A stretch of 64,000 nt of DNA from a bacterium (GTDB lineage: Bacteria; Patescibacteriota; Minisyncoccia; Phycocordibacterales; JAKAEA01). The notes under the pieces were generated by a model. That model saw only the letters and a program-made list of their open reading frames with translations. It did not search any database and had not been told where the DNA came from. Positions 9,263 through 19,600 of this stretch are shown one piece after another. The position numbers and the translations under genes were made by a program. Location: assembly GCA_021785065.1 (NCBI GenBank), contig JAJYGQ010000003.1, positions 2,470 to 66,469 on the forward strand, given 5' to 3'. Positions within the stretch are counted from its first letter, which is position 1; the number at the start of each line of letters is the position of its first letter.

Positions 9263-10387
9263 ATGAAAACAACATATTCAGCGGACGATAGAAAGGGGGC
9301 GTTACCGGCGGAAACACTTCACGAATTATGTGCTGCCGGGTTTATTAAAAGTGCTGATGTCGCCGCTCTGTCTAAAAATATTCGACCGTCGTCACTCGAT
9401 CTTTCAGTTTCTAATGAGGTGTATAAGGTAGAGGGAATTTTTCAGCCGAAAAGTCGTGAGACGGTGCGTCAAGTTCTAGACTGTATTCGTAAAACACGAC
9501 ACCCGATTTTACGACCATTGGAACGTAATCAAATGTACCTTATTCGTCTTAATGAAACGCTTGCGCTACCTGAAGTTGTCTATGGGCTTACCAATCCGAA
9601 ATCGACGAGCGGACGCATCGATGTGCATGTGCGTCTTTTGGCCGATGGCGTGTCTCGCTATGATTATTTGCCCGCCGGTTTTCGAGGGGAGCTCTGGATA
9701 TCTATTATGCCTAAATCATTTCCCGTCAAATTATACGAAGGGGTGACGCTAAATCAATTGCGACTCTTTAACGCCGATACGCGCCTTAATGACTTTGAGC
9801 TCGAGGTAGCTTTCAAGAAACATAAACTCCTGTGGCGTCGCACGGGGGAAGCCTATACCTACGAGGATATTTTAGTTCGTGATCACGACGGATCGGTGAT
9901 TCTCACGCTTGATCTTGAGGGAACAATATTAGGATGGGAAGGTGTACCCAATACGCATCTGGTGGATTTAGCAAAAATCTCTTTTTACGACGCCAAGAAA
10001 TTTTTTAAGCCGGTGAAGAAAAAAGGGGACTATGTGTATTTGAAAAAGGGCTCGTTTTATATTTTGTCGACGCACGAATATGTGCGTGTGCCGCCGGAGT
10101 TTGCCTGCGAAATGGTGCCGATGGATGAACGTTCTGGTGAGTTTCGCTCCCACTACGCCGGTTTTATTGACCCAGGCTGGGGTTGGGGTAAGGCCGGTGA
10201 AGGGAAGGGTCGGCCGCTGACGCTCGAGGTGCGACCATTTGAAGATTTGATTGTTCGTCAAGGTCAGCCTATTGCTAAAATTCGTTTTGAAAAAGTGACC
10301 GAGGCGCCGCGTGAGCCCTACGATACCCTCAATCCCAACTATGCTCGTCAAACCGGTCCCAAGCTCGCTAAACATTTTAAAAATTAG
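9263..10387 (+). CDS. dcd: 2'-deoxycytidine 5'-triphosphate deaminase, long (about 370 aa) form
   Basis: dCTP deaminase/dUTPase-fold motif GFIDPGWGWG (compare E. coli Dcd RIDPGW); length matches the long-form Dcd family; sits in a dTMP-pathway cluster. Confidence 0.6.
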   Translation: MKTTYSADDRKGALPAETLHELCAAGFIKSADVAALSKNIRPSSLDLSVSNEVYKVEGIFQPKSRETVRQVLDCIRKTRHPILRPLERNQMYLIRLNETLALPEVVYGLTNPKSTSGRIDVHVRLLADGVSRYDYLPAGFRGELWISIMPKSFPVKLYEGVTLNQLRLFNADTRLNDFELEVAFKKHKLLWRRTGEAYTYEDILVRDHDGSVILTLDLEGTILGWEGVPNTHLVDLAKISFYDAKKFFKPVKKKGDYVYLKKGSFYILSTHEYVRVPPEFACEMVPMDERSGEFRSHYAGFIDPGWGWGKAGEGKGRPLTLEVRPFEDLIVRQGQPIAKIRFEKVTEAPREPYDTLNPNYARQTGPKLAKHFKN

Positions 10388-10405
10388 AATTGCATTGTAA
10401 GAAAA

Positions 10406-10427
10406 AACCAACGCCGTCGCGTTGGTT
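10406..10427. terminator. bidirectional hairpin terminator between convergent dcd and folA
   Basis: AACCAACGC-cgtc-GCGTTGGTT 9-bp stem. Confidence 0.55.
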
Positions 10428-10430
10428 AGA

Positions 10431-10934
10431 TTACGAAATTCTCACGTAATCTTTAAAGACCATGCCATACTGATTCTTAGCGTCGGGTGGTTGTGCAGCT
10501 TCTCTTTCTAAAAGCCATTCATGCTTATTCCATGATGGAAAGAATGTGTCACCGGCGACGTGTGCGTCTACTTCTGTTAAATAGAGCCGAGAGGCAACAG
10601 GTAATGCTGCTTCGTACACTCTAGCACCACCAATAACAAAAACTTCTTCATCTGGACCAACATCACTGAGCGCTTCAAATAAAGAAGAGACAATAGTGCA
10701 TCCTGGCGCAGTGTAATCTGAACGACTGGTCAAAATAAAATTCTTACGATCCGGTAGAGGTTTACCCAAACGGGCTAGTATAGATTCGTAGGTCAGGCGT
10801 CCCATGAGCACCGCATTGCCGCGGGTGAGGTTTTTAAAGCGAGCCAGATCGGAAGGAAGGTGCCACGGCAAGTCGTTTTTGTTGCCAATGACACCATTTC
10901 GAGCGACGGCTGCAATAATCGACAAAGTCGCCAT
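10431..10934 (-). CDS. folA: dihydrofolate reductase
   Basis: IAAVARNGVIGNKNDLPWHLPSDLARFKNLT... classic DHFR N-terminus, 167 aa. Confidence 0.9.
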   Translation of the reverse strand: MATLSIIAAVARNGVIGNKNDLPWHLPSDLARFKNLTRGNAVLMGRLTYESILARLGKPLPDRKNFILTSRSDYTAPGCTIVSSLFEALSDVGPDEEVFVIGGARVYEAALPVASRLYLTEVDAHVAGDTFFPSWNKHEWLLEREAAQPPDAKNQYGMVFKDYVRIS

Positions 10935-10936
10935 AT

Positions 10937-11761
10937 TTACACGAGCATTTTTGCTTTTATGGCTGGCAGAGGATCGTAATTTTCGAGACGAATGTCATCC
11001 ATAGTGAAGCTGTCAATGTCTTTTATCTCCGGGTTGAGCCAGAGTTTTGGCAATGGACGCGGCTCCCGAGAAAGCTGCTCTTGTACAGCGTCGAAATGTT
11101 CATGGTAGATGTGTGCATCATTGAGAGTCAAGATACATTCATGCGGCTGCATGTCAACAACTTGCGCGACCATCGAAAGCAGAAGCGCATATGAGGATAT
11201 GTTGAAGGGTACACCTAAGAACATGTCGCAGCTGCGCTGGACCATGTGGAGAGAGAGTTTTCCATCAGCGGCGAAGAATTGAAAGAGCATATGGCACGGT
11301 GGCAAAGCCATCTGATCAAGCTCGCCAGGGTTCCAGGCGCTAACCACCAGTCTCCGATCGCTCGGATTTGTTTTGAGTTTTTCGATCACTTCTTTCAGTT
11401 GATCAACTTTGCCGTTAGGTCCTTGCCACGAGCGCCACTGGACACCGTAAATCCGGCCGAGGTCGCCGGGGAACTTCGCTTTCGGTTTCCAATAGGGCGC
11501 TTCGGCGTTGTCGGTCCAAATAGTTCGTTCGCTGCCATTTAGTTCCTTAAGGCGATTGTCGTCGCCGCTGCCTTCAATAAACCAGAGTAATTCGCTTGTT
11601 ACTGCTTTGAAAGCGAGCTTCTTCGTGGTCATGGCGGGAAAGCCGTCAGCCATGGGGAAGCGCATTTGCAAAGCAAAAAGCGCTCGTGTGTTACCGTTGC
11701 GACCCTCTCGGTCGATGCCAGAATCCATGATTTGACGAAGAACGTTTTGGTATGTTTTCAT
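10937..11761 (-). CDS. thyA: thymidylate synthase (ThyA)
   Basis: 274 aa from MKTYQNVLRQIMDSG; conserved ThyA blocks; abuts folA. Confidence 0.9.
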   Translation of the reverse strand: MKTYQNVLRQIMDSGIDREGRNGNTRALFALQMRFPMADGFPAMTTKKLAFKAVTSELLWFIEGSGDDNRLKELNGSERTIWTDNAEAPYWKPKAKFPGDLGRIYGVQWRSWQGPNGKVDQLKEVIEKLKTNPSDRRLVVSAWNPGELDQMALPPCHMLFQFFAADGKLSLHMVQRSCDMFLGVPFNISSYALLLSMVAQVVDMQPHECILTLNDAHIYHEHFDAVQEQLSREPRPLPKLWLNPEIKDIDSFTMDDIRLENYDPLPAIKAKMLV

Positions 11762-11860
11762 AACCTTTCCTTTTTTTAAGACCAGTATTATTGAGCACGC
11801 GCCCAATTCTCATGTAATACTACTTTTTACTTTCTCATTGTCAATGTTACTATAGTACCT

Positions 11861-13066
11861 ATGAAAGACAAACAGGTTGAAAAGCTGATCAAGGCGGAGC
11901 GGGGGCGACAGAAAAAAGTGGTGAATCTTATTGCTTCGGAAAATTATGTTTCTAATGATGTGCTGGCGGCGCTTGGCTCGGAGCTCACTAACAAGTACGC
12001 CGAGGGGTATTCTGGGCGGCGCTACTACGGTGGGCAGAAATTCATCGACAAAATTGAAGACTTGGCCAAAGTGCGCGCGCTCAAACTTTTCAAACTCTCG
12101 GCGGCGAAGTGGCATGTGAATGTGCAGCCCCTTTCCGGTTCGCCGGCCAACTTGGCGGTGTATTTGGCGCTCGTGCCGCCCGGCGGAAAAGTTATGGGCA
12201 TGTCGCTCGATAATGGCGGTCATCTCACGCACGGTCACAAAGTTTCAGCGACAGGAAAATTTTGGGTGCAGGTGCCCTATGGGGTGCGCGAGCAAACCGA
12301 GCAGCTCGATTACGACGACATTAAAAAAATTGCTATGGAGCAAAAGCCAGACGTGATTGTCGCCGGCTTCACTGCGTACCCGCGTCGCGTCGATTTCAAA
12401 AAGTTTCGTGCTATCGCCGACGCTGTGACGCCGCGCCCGATTTTGATGGTAGATATGTCGCACTTCGCTGGCTTGGTTGCTGGTGAGGCCTATCCATCAC
12501 CGTTTGAAGATGCCGATGTGGTGACCACGACAGTGCATAAAACCCTTCGCGGTCCGCGGTCCGCACTTATTTTTGCGCGTAACGACGAGCGCGAGCTTGG
12601 TAAAAAAATCGATAAAGCAGTATTTCCTGGTTTGCAGGGCGGGCCGCACATCAATCAAATTGCGGCGGTGGCGGTAACCCTGAAAGAGGCGGCGTCGCCG
12701 GCGTTTAAAAAATATGCTCACCAAGTTGTTAAGAATGCAAAAGTTTTAGCTGATGAACTCTCCAAGCGTGGCTGGCGCATTATCTCTGGCGGCACCGACA
12801 GCCACCTGGTCCTCGTGGATACCTGGCTCAATGGCCTTGGTCTTTCCGGTAAAGAGGCGAGTGAGGCGTTAGAAAAAGCTGATATTATTGTTAATAAAAA
12901 CACTATTCCAGGCGAAACGCGTTCGCCGATGGACCCGTCGGGTGTGCGCCTTGGCTCGGCTGCGGAAACGACACGCGGCCGCCGCGAATCTGATATGAAA
13001 AAAATTGCCGCGAAAATCGACGCAGTCTTACGCAAAGCACAAAAATCAAAAAAGAAAAATTCATGA
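11861..13066 (+). CDS. glyA: serine hydroxymethyltransferase
   Basis: 401 aa, PLP-binding block TTTVHKTLRGPRS, SHMT N-terminal NLIASENY. Confidence 0.95.
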   Translation: MKDKQVEKLIKAERGRQKKVVNLIASENYVSNDVLAALGSELTNKYAEGYSGRRYYGGQKFIDKIEDLAKVRALKLFKLSAAKWHVNVQPLSGSPANLAVYLALVPPGGKVMGMSLDNGGHLTHGHKVSATGKFWVQVPYGVREQTEQLDYDDIKKIAMEQKPDVIVAGFTAYPRRVDFKKFRAIADAVTPRPILMVDMSHFAGLVAGEAYPSPFEDADVVTTTVHKTLRGPRSALIFARNDERELGKKIDKAVFPGLQGGPHINQIAAVAVTLKEAASPAFKKYAHQVVKNAKVLADELSKRGWRIISGGTDSHLVLVDTWLNGLGLSGKEASEALEKADIIVNKNTIPGETRSPMDPSGVRLGSAAETTRGRRESDMKKIAAKIDAVLRKAQKSKKKNS

Positions 13067-13773
13067 AGCAGCGCGCCGCGAAAGGAAAATTTATAGTCAT
13101 CGATGGTATTGACGGCACGGGCAAAGCCACGCAAGCGGCGCTGCTCGTTGAACGGTTGCGAAAAGAAGGGAGAAAGGTTAAGGCCATCGATTTCCCTGGT
13201 TACTATCGCAATTTTTTCGGCAAACTCATTGGTGAATATCTTGCTGGAAAATATGGCGACTTCATCGAAGTCGATCCGCACATTGCTTCGGTGCTCTATG
13301 CCGCTGACCGCTTTGAGTCGGCGCCGATGATTCGAACGTGGCTCGATGAGGGGTATATTGTTGTTGCCGACCGCTATGTAAGCGCTAATCAAATTCACCA
13401 GGGTGCCAAAATCGATAGCCCCGCCGGCCGTAAAGAATTTCTCCATTGGCTCGATAAAATGGAATACGGCGTTTTCAAAATTCCCAAACCCGACCTCATT
13501 TTGTATCTCGATTTGCCGATTCGGCTCAGTCAAAAATTGCTGCGCACCAAACTTGCCTCATTTAAGAAACGTTACAACAAAGGCCGCAAAGTTGATGTTG
13601 CAGAAGATAATCTCGCCCATATGGACGCCTCGCGGCGCAGTGCGCTCGGCATGATTAAGAAAAGCAACAACTGGCAAAAAATAGATTGCGACGGTGACGG
13701 CGAAATCAAACCACGCCAGGTTATTCACGAGCGCATCTGGAGTATTGTTGCCCCTTTTCTCGCACGGCGATAA
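13063..13773 (+). CDS. tmk: thymidylate kinase
   Basis: P-loop VIDGIDGTGKATQ, DRY motif; 4-nt overlap with glyA. Confidence 0.9.
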   Translation: MKQRAAKGKFIVIDGIDGTGKATQAALLVERLRKEGRKVKAIDFPGYYRNFFGKLIGEYLAGKYGDFIEVDPHIASVLYAADRFESAPMIRTWLDEGYIVVADRYVSANQIHQGAKIDSPAGRKEFLHWLDKMEYGVFKIPKPDLILYLDLPIRLSQKLLRTKLASFKKRYNKGRKVDVAEDNLAHMDASRRSALGMIKKSNNWQKIDCDGDGEIKPRQVIHERIWSIVAPFLARR

Positions 13774-13825
13774 AAGTGAAAAAAAGCTCAAGAAATGATA
13801 AACTTTTTATAAAGTAAATTTTGCC

Positions 13826-14254
13826 ATGGCAATCACTATTAAAATTAAAAAATTGAGGCCTGATGCCAAGCTGCCAAGCTATGCGCATCCGGGTGATGTT
13901 GGTCTCGATCTCTACGCTATGGAGGAAAAAACCTTGGCGCCCGGCGAGCACTACCTTTTCAATATTGGTGTGGCTATCGAATTTCCGCACGGCTATGCGG
14001 GTATTGTGAAAGACAAAGGGAGCATCAGTAAAGCAAAACTACACACGATGGGCGGTGTCTATGATGCAGGCTATCGTGGCGAGTATAATGTGCATCTAGT
14101 GAATTTAGGTGATCAACCATACACTGTTGAAGTTGGTGACAAAATCGCTCAACTGGTAATCTTTCCCGTCGAAATTGCCAAAATAGAAGAAACTGATACG
14201 CTGTCCGAATCAGCCCGTGGCACTGGCCGCTTCGGCAGTACTGGCCGCAAATAA
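13826..14254 (+). CDS. dut: dUTP diphosphatase
   Basis: 142 aa, dUTPase motifs AHPGDVGLDLYA, GxIDxGYRG. Confidence 0.9.
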   Translation: MAITIKIKKLRPDAKLPSYAHPGDVGLDLYAMEEKTLAPGEHYLFNIGVAIEFPHGYAGIVKDKGSISKAKLHTMGGVYDAGYRGEYNVHLVNLGDQPYTVEVGDKIAQLVIFPVEIAKIEETDTLSESARGTGRFGSTGRK

Positions 14255-14255
14255 T

Positions 14256-16025
14256 ATGCAGATTCAAGAAACAATCACGACGCTCATCAAGCAAGCGCTA
14301 ATCGCTGTTGGTGCTGCTGCTGTTGACACAGAAATAACACTCGATCATCCGAGTGATTTAAAATTTGGTGACATTTCGACGAATGTGGCGCTCATGCTGG
14401 CAAAAAAACGCGGTGACAATCCCCAAGTGTTGGCAAAAAAAATCGCCGAAGCGATTGTGGCTGAGTTGGAAAGATCACCCAACGCATATTTAGAGAAGGT
14501 GAGCGTTGCCGGCGTCGGTTTTATAAATTTCTCTCTGTCGGAAAAATTTTTCCACGAATCGCTTGCGGAGATTTTGAAAAAAGGCGCCGACTTCGGCAAA
14601 AACGCCCAGCTCTTCAAGGAGAAAATTATCGTTGAATACACTGACCCCAATGCGTTTAAGCCCCTGCATATTGGCCACCTCATGAGCAATGCTATTGGCG
14701 AATCGCTCTCGCGCCTTACACAATTTGAAGGCGCCGAGGTGCGCCGCGCGACCTACGGTTCTGATGTGGGTCTCAATGTGGCTATGGCGGTGTGGGGTAT
14801 GCAAAAGCTCGCTGCGGAAAAATTTTCTGGCGCTCCCACCGCGCAAATATTGGCCGAGCTCCACAAACTGCCGCTCTCGGAAAAAATCGCCTTTGTCGGC
14901 GCGGCCTATGTGCACGGAGCGCAGACCTACGAGCAGGACGAATCGGCAAAAAAAGAAATCACCGAGCTTAATCATAAAATTTATACCCACGCCGACCCGG
15001 TCGCCAATGAATTTTACGTTTTCGGTAAGCGGGCCAGCGTCGATCATTTCAACGAAATGTTCGCGCTGCTCGGCTCAAAATTTGATCATCAAATCTGGGA
15101 GAGCGACATTGCCGCGTTTGGTGAAGAGATTGTCGCGCTTGGTTTGGAACGGGGCATTTTCGAGCGCAGCGACGGGGCAGTAATTTATCCCGGCGAGAAA
15201 AAACCTGACGCTAAAGCGCGCGGACTCCACAATCGTGTTTTCATCACCTCGCACAACATCCCGACCTACGAAGCCAAAGAGCTCGGTCTCACTAAGAAAA
15301 AATTCGAGCTACACGATTTCGACACGTCGGTAGTTATCACCGCCAACGAGCAAAATGATTATTTCAAAGTAGTGCTCGCGGCCCTTGCTGAAATATATCC
15401 GGAAATCGCGCGGCGCACGCGTCACCTCGGTCACGGCATGATGCGTTTTGCCGAAGGTAAGATGAGCTCGCGCACCGGCAACATTGTAACGGGCGAATCG
15501 CTCCTCGCCGAGCTCGCCGCGCGGGCCCTGGAAAAAATGGAAGCAAAAGATGAGAAGATTGCTAACCTTATAGCCGTTGCCGCGCTCAAGTATGCGGTGC
15601 TTAAGCAGTCTATCGGTCGCGATGTGGTTTTTGACAAAGAGCAATCCATTTCATTTGAAGGCGACTCAGGTCCCTATTTACAGTACACCTTCGTGCGCAC
15701 GCAAGCGTTGCTAGCTAAAGCTGAAGAGCAGGGGATTGAACCGGTACTTGGCGAGTTGCCGCAAAACGCAAGCACACTCACGCATCTTCTTTATCGTTTT
15801 CCGGAAATGGTGGAGCGCGCCGCCGCCGACTACGCGCCGCAGTATGTTGCGACATTTCTCACCACCATCGCCGGCGAATTCAACAGCTGGTACGCCGCTG
15901 AAAAGATTATCGACCCAAGCAACAAAAGTGCATCGCAAGCAAAACTCGCCCTCGCCGCCGCCGTCGGCCAGGTACTCCGCAACGGCCTCTGGCTCCTCGG
16001 CATCAGTGCGCCGGAGAGGATGTAA
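14256..16025 (+). CDS. argS: arginyl-tRNA synthetase
   Basis: Class I HIGH motif PLHIGHLMSNAIG, ArgRS-length, DALR anticodon-binding C-terminus. Confidence 0.9.
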   Translation: MQIQETITTLIKQALIAVGAAAVDTEITLDHPSDLKFGDISTNVALMLAKKRGDNPQVLAKKIAEAIVAELERSPNAYLEKVSVAGVGFINFSLSEKFFHESLAEILKKGADFGKNAQLFKEKIIVEYTDPNAFKPLHIGHLMSNAIGESLSRLTQFEGAEVRRATYGSDVGLNVAMAVWGMQKLAAEKFSGAPTAQILAELHKLPLSEKIAFVGAAYVHGAQTYEQDESAKKEITELNHKIYTHADPVANEFYVFGKRASVDHFNEMFALLGSKFDHQIWESDIAAFGEEIVALGLERGIFERSDGAVIYPGEKKPDAKARGLHNRVFITSHNIPTYEAKELGLTKKKFELHDFDTSVVITANEQNDYFKVVLAALAEIYPEIARRTRHLGHGMMRFAEGKMSSRTGNIVTGESLLAELAARALEKMEAKDEKIANLIAVAALKYAVLKQSIGRDVVFDKEQSISFEGDSGPYLQYTFVRTQALLAKAEEQGIEPVLGELPQNASTLTHLLYRFPEMVERAAADYAPQYVATFLTTIAGEFNSWYAAEKIIDPSNKSASQAKLALAAAVGQVLRNGLWLLGISAPERM

Positions 16026-16608
16026 AAAATTCTTGTTTAAGAAATTCGGTGAATTGGGTCATTTCAGCTTGAAACAATTTGAGGTCTCTCGATATTTTTT
16101 CAGGAGGTATTTTTTTGCGTATGTCATCTGGTTTACCACGTGGGGCCCGTTGAGGGAGAATACGTACACTACTCAAACCCTTCGCTTCCATACCTAATCG
16201 CACGTCTGATTTTCTCTGTTTGTAGAATTTTACCAATAACTCTTTTAATCTCCCGGTTTCTTTTCGGTTCTCTTTTTCGGCATCTAGTTCCTTTTGCCTA
16301 AGTTCTTTTTTCTCTGCGGCATTTAGGGTGTTTTCACCAGTTTCAAAATTAATTTTACGTTCTAATTCTTGATAGCGCGTGTCTTCATCTAACATCTCGC
16401 CTATATCTACCCACGGATATGGCAACCCCCAATCCTCGTGCCCTTCGCAAGAGGCATAGGTCTTAAAACCGTGTGCTTGTAAATATATAATAGTTTCGCG
16501 GATTCCGGGATCTATTTCCATACCTAAACCATCAGTAATTTGTTCTATTTTTTTACTAATAGTATCTAGCAGTTGCTGTTTGGGGTTTTTCCCTTGTGGA
16601 CCTTCCAT
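16003..16608 (-). CDS. hypothetical protein
   Basis: About 200 aa ORF starting MEGPQGK; Glu/Lys-rich coiled region; no family recognised. Confidence 0.4.
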   Translation of the reverse strand: MEGPQGKNPKQQLLDTISKKIEQITDGLGMEIDPGIRETIIYLQAHGFKTYASCEGHEDWGLPYPWVDIGEMLDEDTRYQELERKINFETGENTLNAAEKKELRQKELDAEKENRKETGRLKELLVKFYKQRKSDVRLGMEAKGLSSVRILPQRAPRGKPDDIRKKIPPEKISRDLKLFQAEMTQFTEFLKQEFFTSSPAH

Positions 16609-16640
16609 ACCTATAATTATACAGCAAAAATTCGTAAAAA

Positions 16641-19600
16641 ATGCTAGTATTTGAGCCACGTATGGCTCAGTCTGACGAACAGGATAAAAAAACAATAAAG
16701 AGCCCCATTGCCGAGCGCGAGGAGGCGACACTGGCGTTTTGGCGTGAGCGGGACATTTTTCAAAAGACGCTCGATAAAAAATCTCTCGTTAAAGACGGCA
16801 AAGAGTGGGAATTTATTTTTTACGATGGACCGCCGTTTGCTACGGGCGAGCCGCACTATGGGCACATTTTGGCGGGTACTATAAAGGACGTCATTCCGCG
16901 TTATAAAACGATGTGCGGCTTTCATGTGCCGCGCCGGTGGGGCTGGGATTGTCATGGTTTGCCAATTGAGAATTTGATTGAGAAAGAGCTCGGGCTTTCG
17001 ACGCGCAAAGACATTGAAATGTATGGCATAGAAAAATTTAATGCCGCGGCGCGGGCGAGCGTTCTGCGCTACGACACGCTCTGGAAAGAAATTATTCCGC
17101 GCACTGGCCGCTTCGTGGATATGGATCATTCCTACGTAACGATGGACTGGCGTTACACCGAAAGTATTTGGTGGTCGTTTAGCGAACTCAATAAAAAGGA
17201 ACTCGTCTATCAAGGTTTCAAGCCGATGCATTTGTGTCCGCGTTGCGAAACGACACTTTCTAATTTTGAAGTCGGTCTTAATTATAAAGAGGTGACGGAT
17301 ATTTCGGTGTATGTGAAGTTTGAGCTGGTTGATGAGCCCGGCACATTTTTGCTGGCCTGGACGACAACGCCGTGGACTTTGCCGGGCAACGTGGCGCTCG
17401 CGGTAAATCCGAAAATAAAATACGTGCGCGTAAAAATAGAAACAGAGAAGGGGACGACGCTGGCCATTGTAGCTAACGAGCGTCTAAGTGCAATAAAAGA
17501 AACGTACACAATCGAAGAAGAATTTTCCGGAAAAAAAATTGTCGGCAAAAAATACAAGCCAGTGTTTCCGTACTATGAGAACGCGGCAGAGATAGAGCAC
17601 AAGGAAAATTTTTATACGGTGCAGGCGGCCGACTTTGTAACGACTGAAGATGGGACGGGTGTTGTGCATATTGCGCCAGGGTTTGGCGAAGATGATTACA
17701 ACTTGTCGCAAACGGCTGGGCTGCCGTTTATTCAGCATGTTGGCGTGGATGGGCGCTTTAAAAAAGAGGTGACGGATTTTGCGGGCCAGCAGGTCAAGCC
17801 GCGGCCGACGGCCGAGGAGCCGAATGCCCACCAGCGAGCCGATGTTGAAATTATCAAATATTTGGCCGCACACGGAGCTCTTTTTGCGAAAGAAAAAATT
17901 ACTCACAGCTATCCGCACTGCTGGCGCTGCGACACGCCGCTTCTGAATTACGCGACGAGCTCATGGTTTGTGAAGGTGGCCGACATAAAAAAGAAGTTGG
18001 TGGCGGAGAATAAAAAGGTGCGCTGGGTGCCGGAGGAGATTGGCCAGGGCCGCTTCGGTATGTGGTTGGAAAACGCGCGCGACTGGGCGGTGTCGCGTTC
18101 GCGTTTTTGGGGCGCGCCGTTGCCGGTGTGGCGTTGCGAGGAGTGTGGCACGTTTGAATTTATCGACTCTGTTAAAACGCTTTCTGAAAAATTGAAGCGT
18201 AATGAGTATTTTTTAATGCGGCACGGTCAAGCAGAGAGTAATGTGGCGAACGTTATTGTTGCTGATGAAAAGGCGGAGGATCCGTTAACAGCTGAAGGAG
18301 AGCAGCAAGCGGCTGACGCGGCAAAAAAATTTTCCGAAACGCTCGCTGGCAAAAAAATTGATGCAATTTTCTCTTCGCCGTTTGAGCGGACACACCAAAC
18401 AGCGGAAATTGTGGCGCGTGAACTTGGCTTTGAGGGAAAAATTGAAATTGATGAGCGTCTACGGGAACTCGGGGCCTTCGCGTTTGAAGGGGAGAGTCGT
18501 GAGAAACGCAACGAAGCGTATCGCGAAGGACGCGTTCCATCTAACGACGAAACACAGACGCATGAAGAAAAACGCATCGCCGAATTTTTCCACGATATTG
18601 ACGCACGTTTCAAAGGTAAAACAATTTTAGTGGTGAGTCACGCCGCGCCGCTTGCGGCAGCATTGCGTCTCGTTGAACCGCTCGGTGAGAAGAGCGTGGG
18701 CTTTATGGACAATGCTGAAATTCGCCCACTCCCATTTGTTGCTCTGCCACACGATGCTCATTTTAATCTCGATTTGCATCGGCCCTACATCGACGCCGTG
18801 GAGTTTGCTTGCTCGAAAGAAAATTGCCGTGGCACGATGAAGCGCGTGCCGGATGTTTTCGACACCTGGTATGAATCCGGCTCGATGCCCTTTGCCTCGA
18901 TTCATTTTCCTTTTGAACAAAAGTCTTCGAAAAAACCACCGCGCTTTCCCGCTGACTTTATCGCCGAGGGTCAGGATCAAACGCGCGGTTGGTTTTACAC
19001 CCTGCTCATTTTAAATACGGCGCTGTTTGGCCACGCTCCGTACAAAAACGTGGTGGTTAACGGTATTATTCTCGCCGAAGACGGCCAAAAAATGTCGAAG
19101 CGTCTCAAAAATTATCCCGACATTCGTTTTGTGTTGGATAAGTATGGGGCCGACGCATTGCGCTATTATCTGCTATCGTCACCGGTTGTGGAGGCTGAAG
19201 ACTTGGCTTTTTCTGAAAAAGGTCTCGATGAAGTGGTCAAAAAAGTTATCAATCGGCTCGATAATGTGTACGCGTTCTATGCGCTCTATGCAGATAAAAA
19301 TATTGCGCCGAGCGCCAATTCGCCCCACGTTCTTGATCGTTGGATTTTGGCGGCTCTCTCTAATATGTTGGGTGAGGTGACAGGAGAATTAGATAATTAT
19401 CGCCTTGATGCCGCTGCACGACCATTTGCGCAGTTTGTTGACGATCTCTCAACTTGGTATATTCGCCGATCGCGCGATCGTTTCAAAAATACTGACACTG
19501 CTCGTGACGCTATCGCTACCACGCGTTTTGTGTTGCGCGAGCTTGCAAAAGGCCTTGCGCCTTTTATGCCCTTTCTCGCTGAGGATTTGTATCAGAAAGT

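Noticed and set aside
18201-18740. Intein in IleRS
   Set aside because: The insert has no N-terminal Cys/Ser, no C-terminal His-Asn, and no intein blocks. It instead carries RHG/SH histidine-phosphatase motifs.
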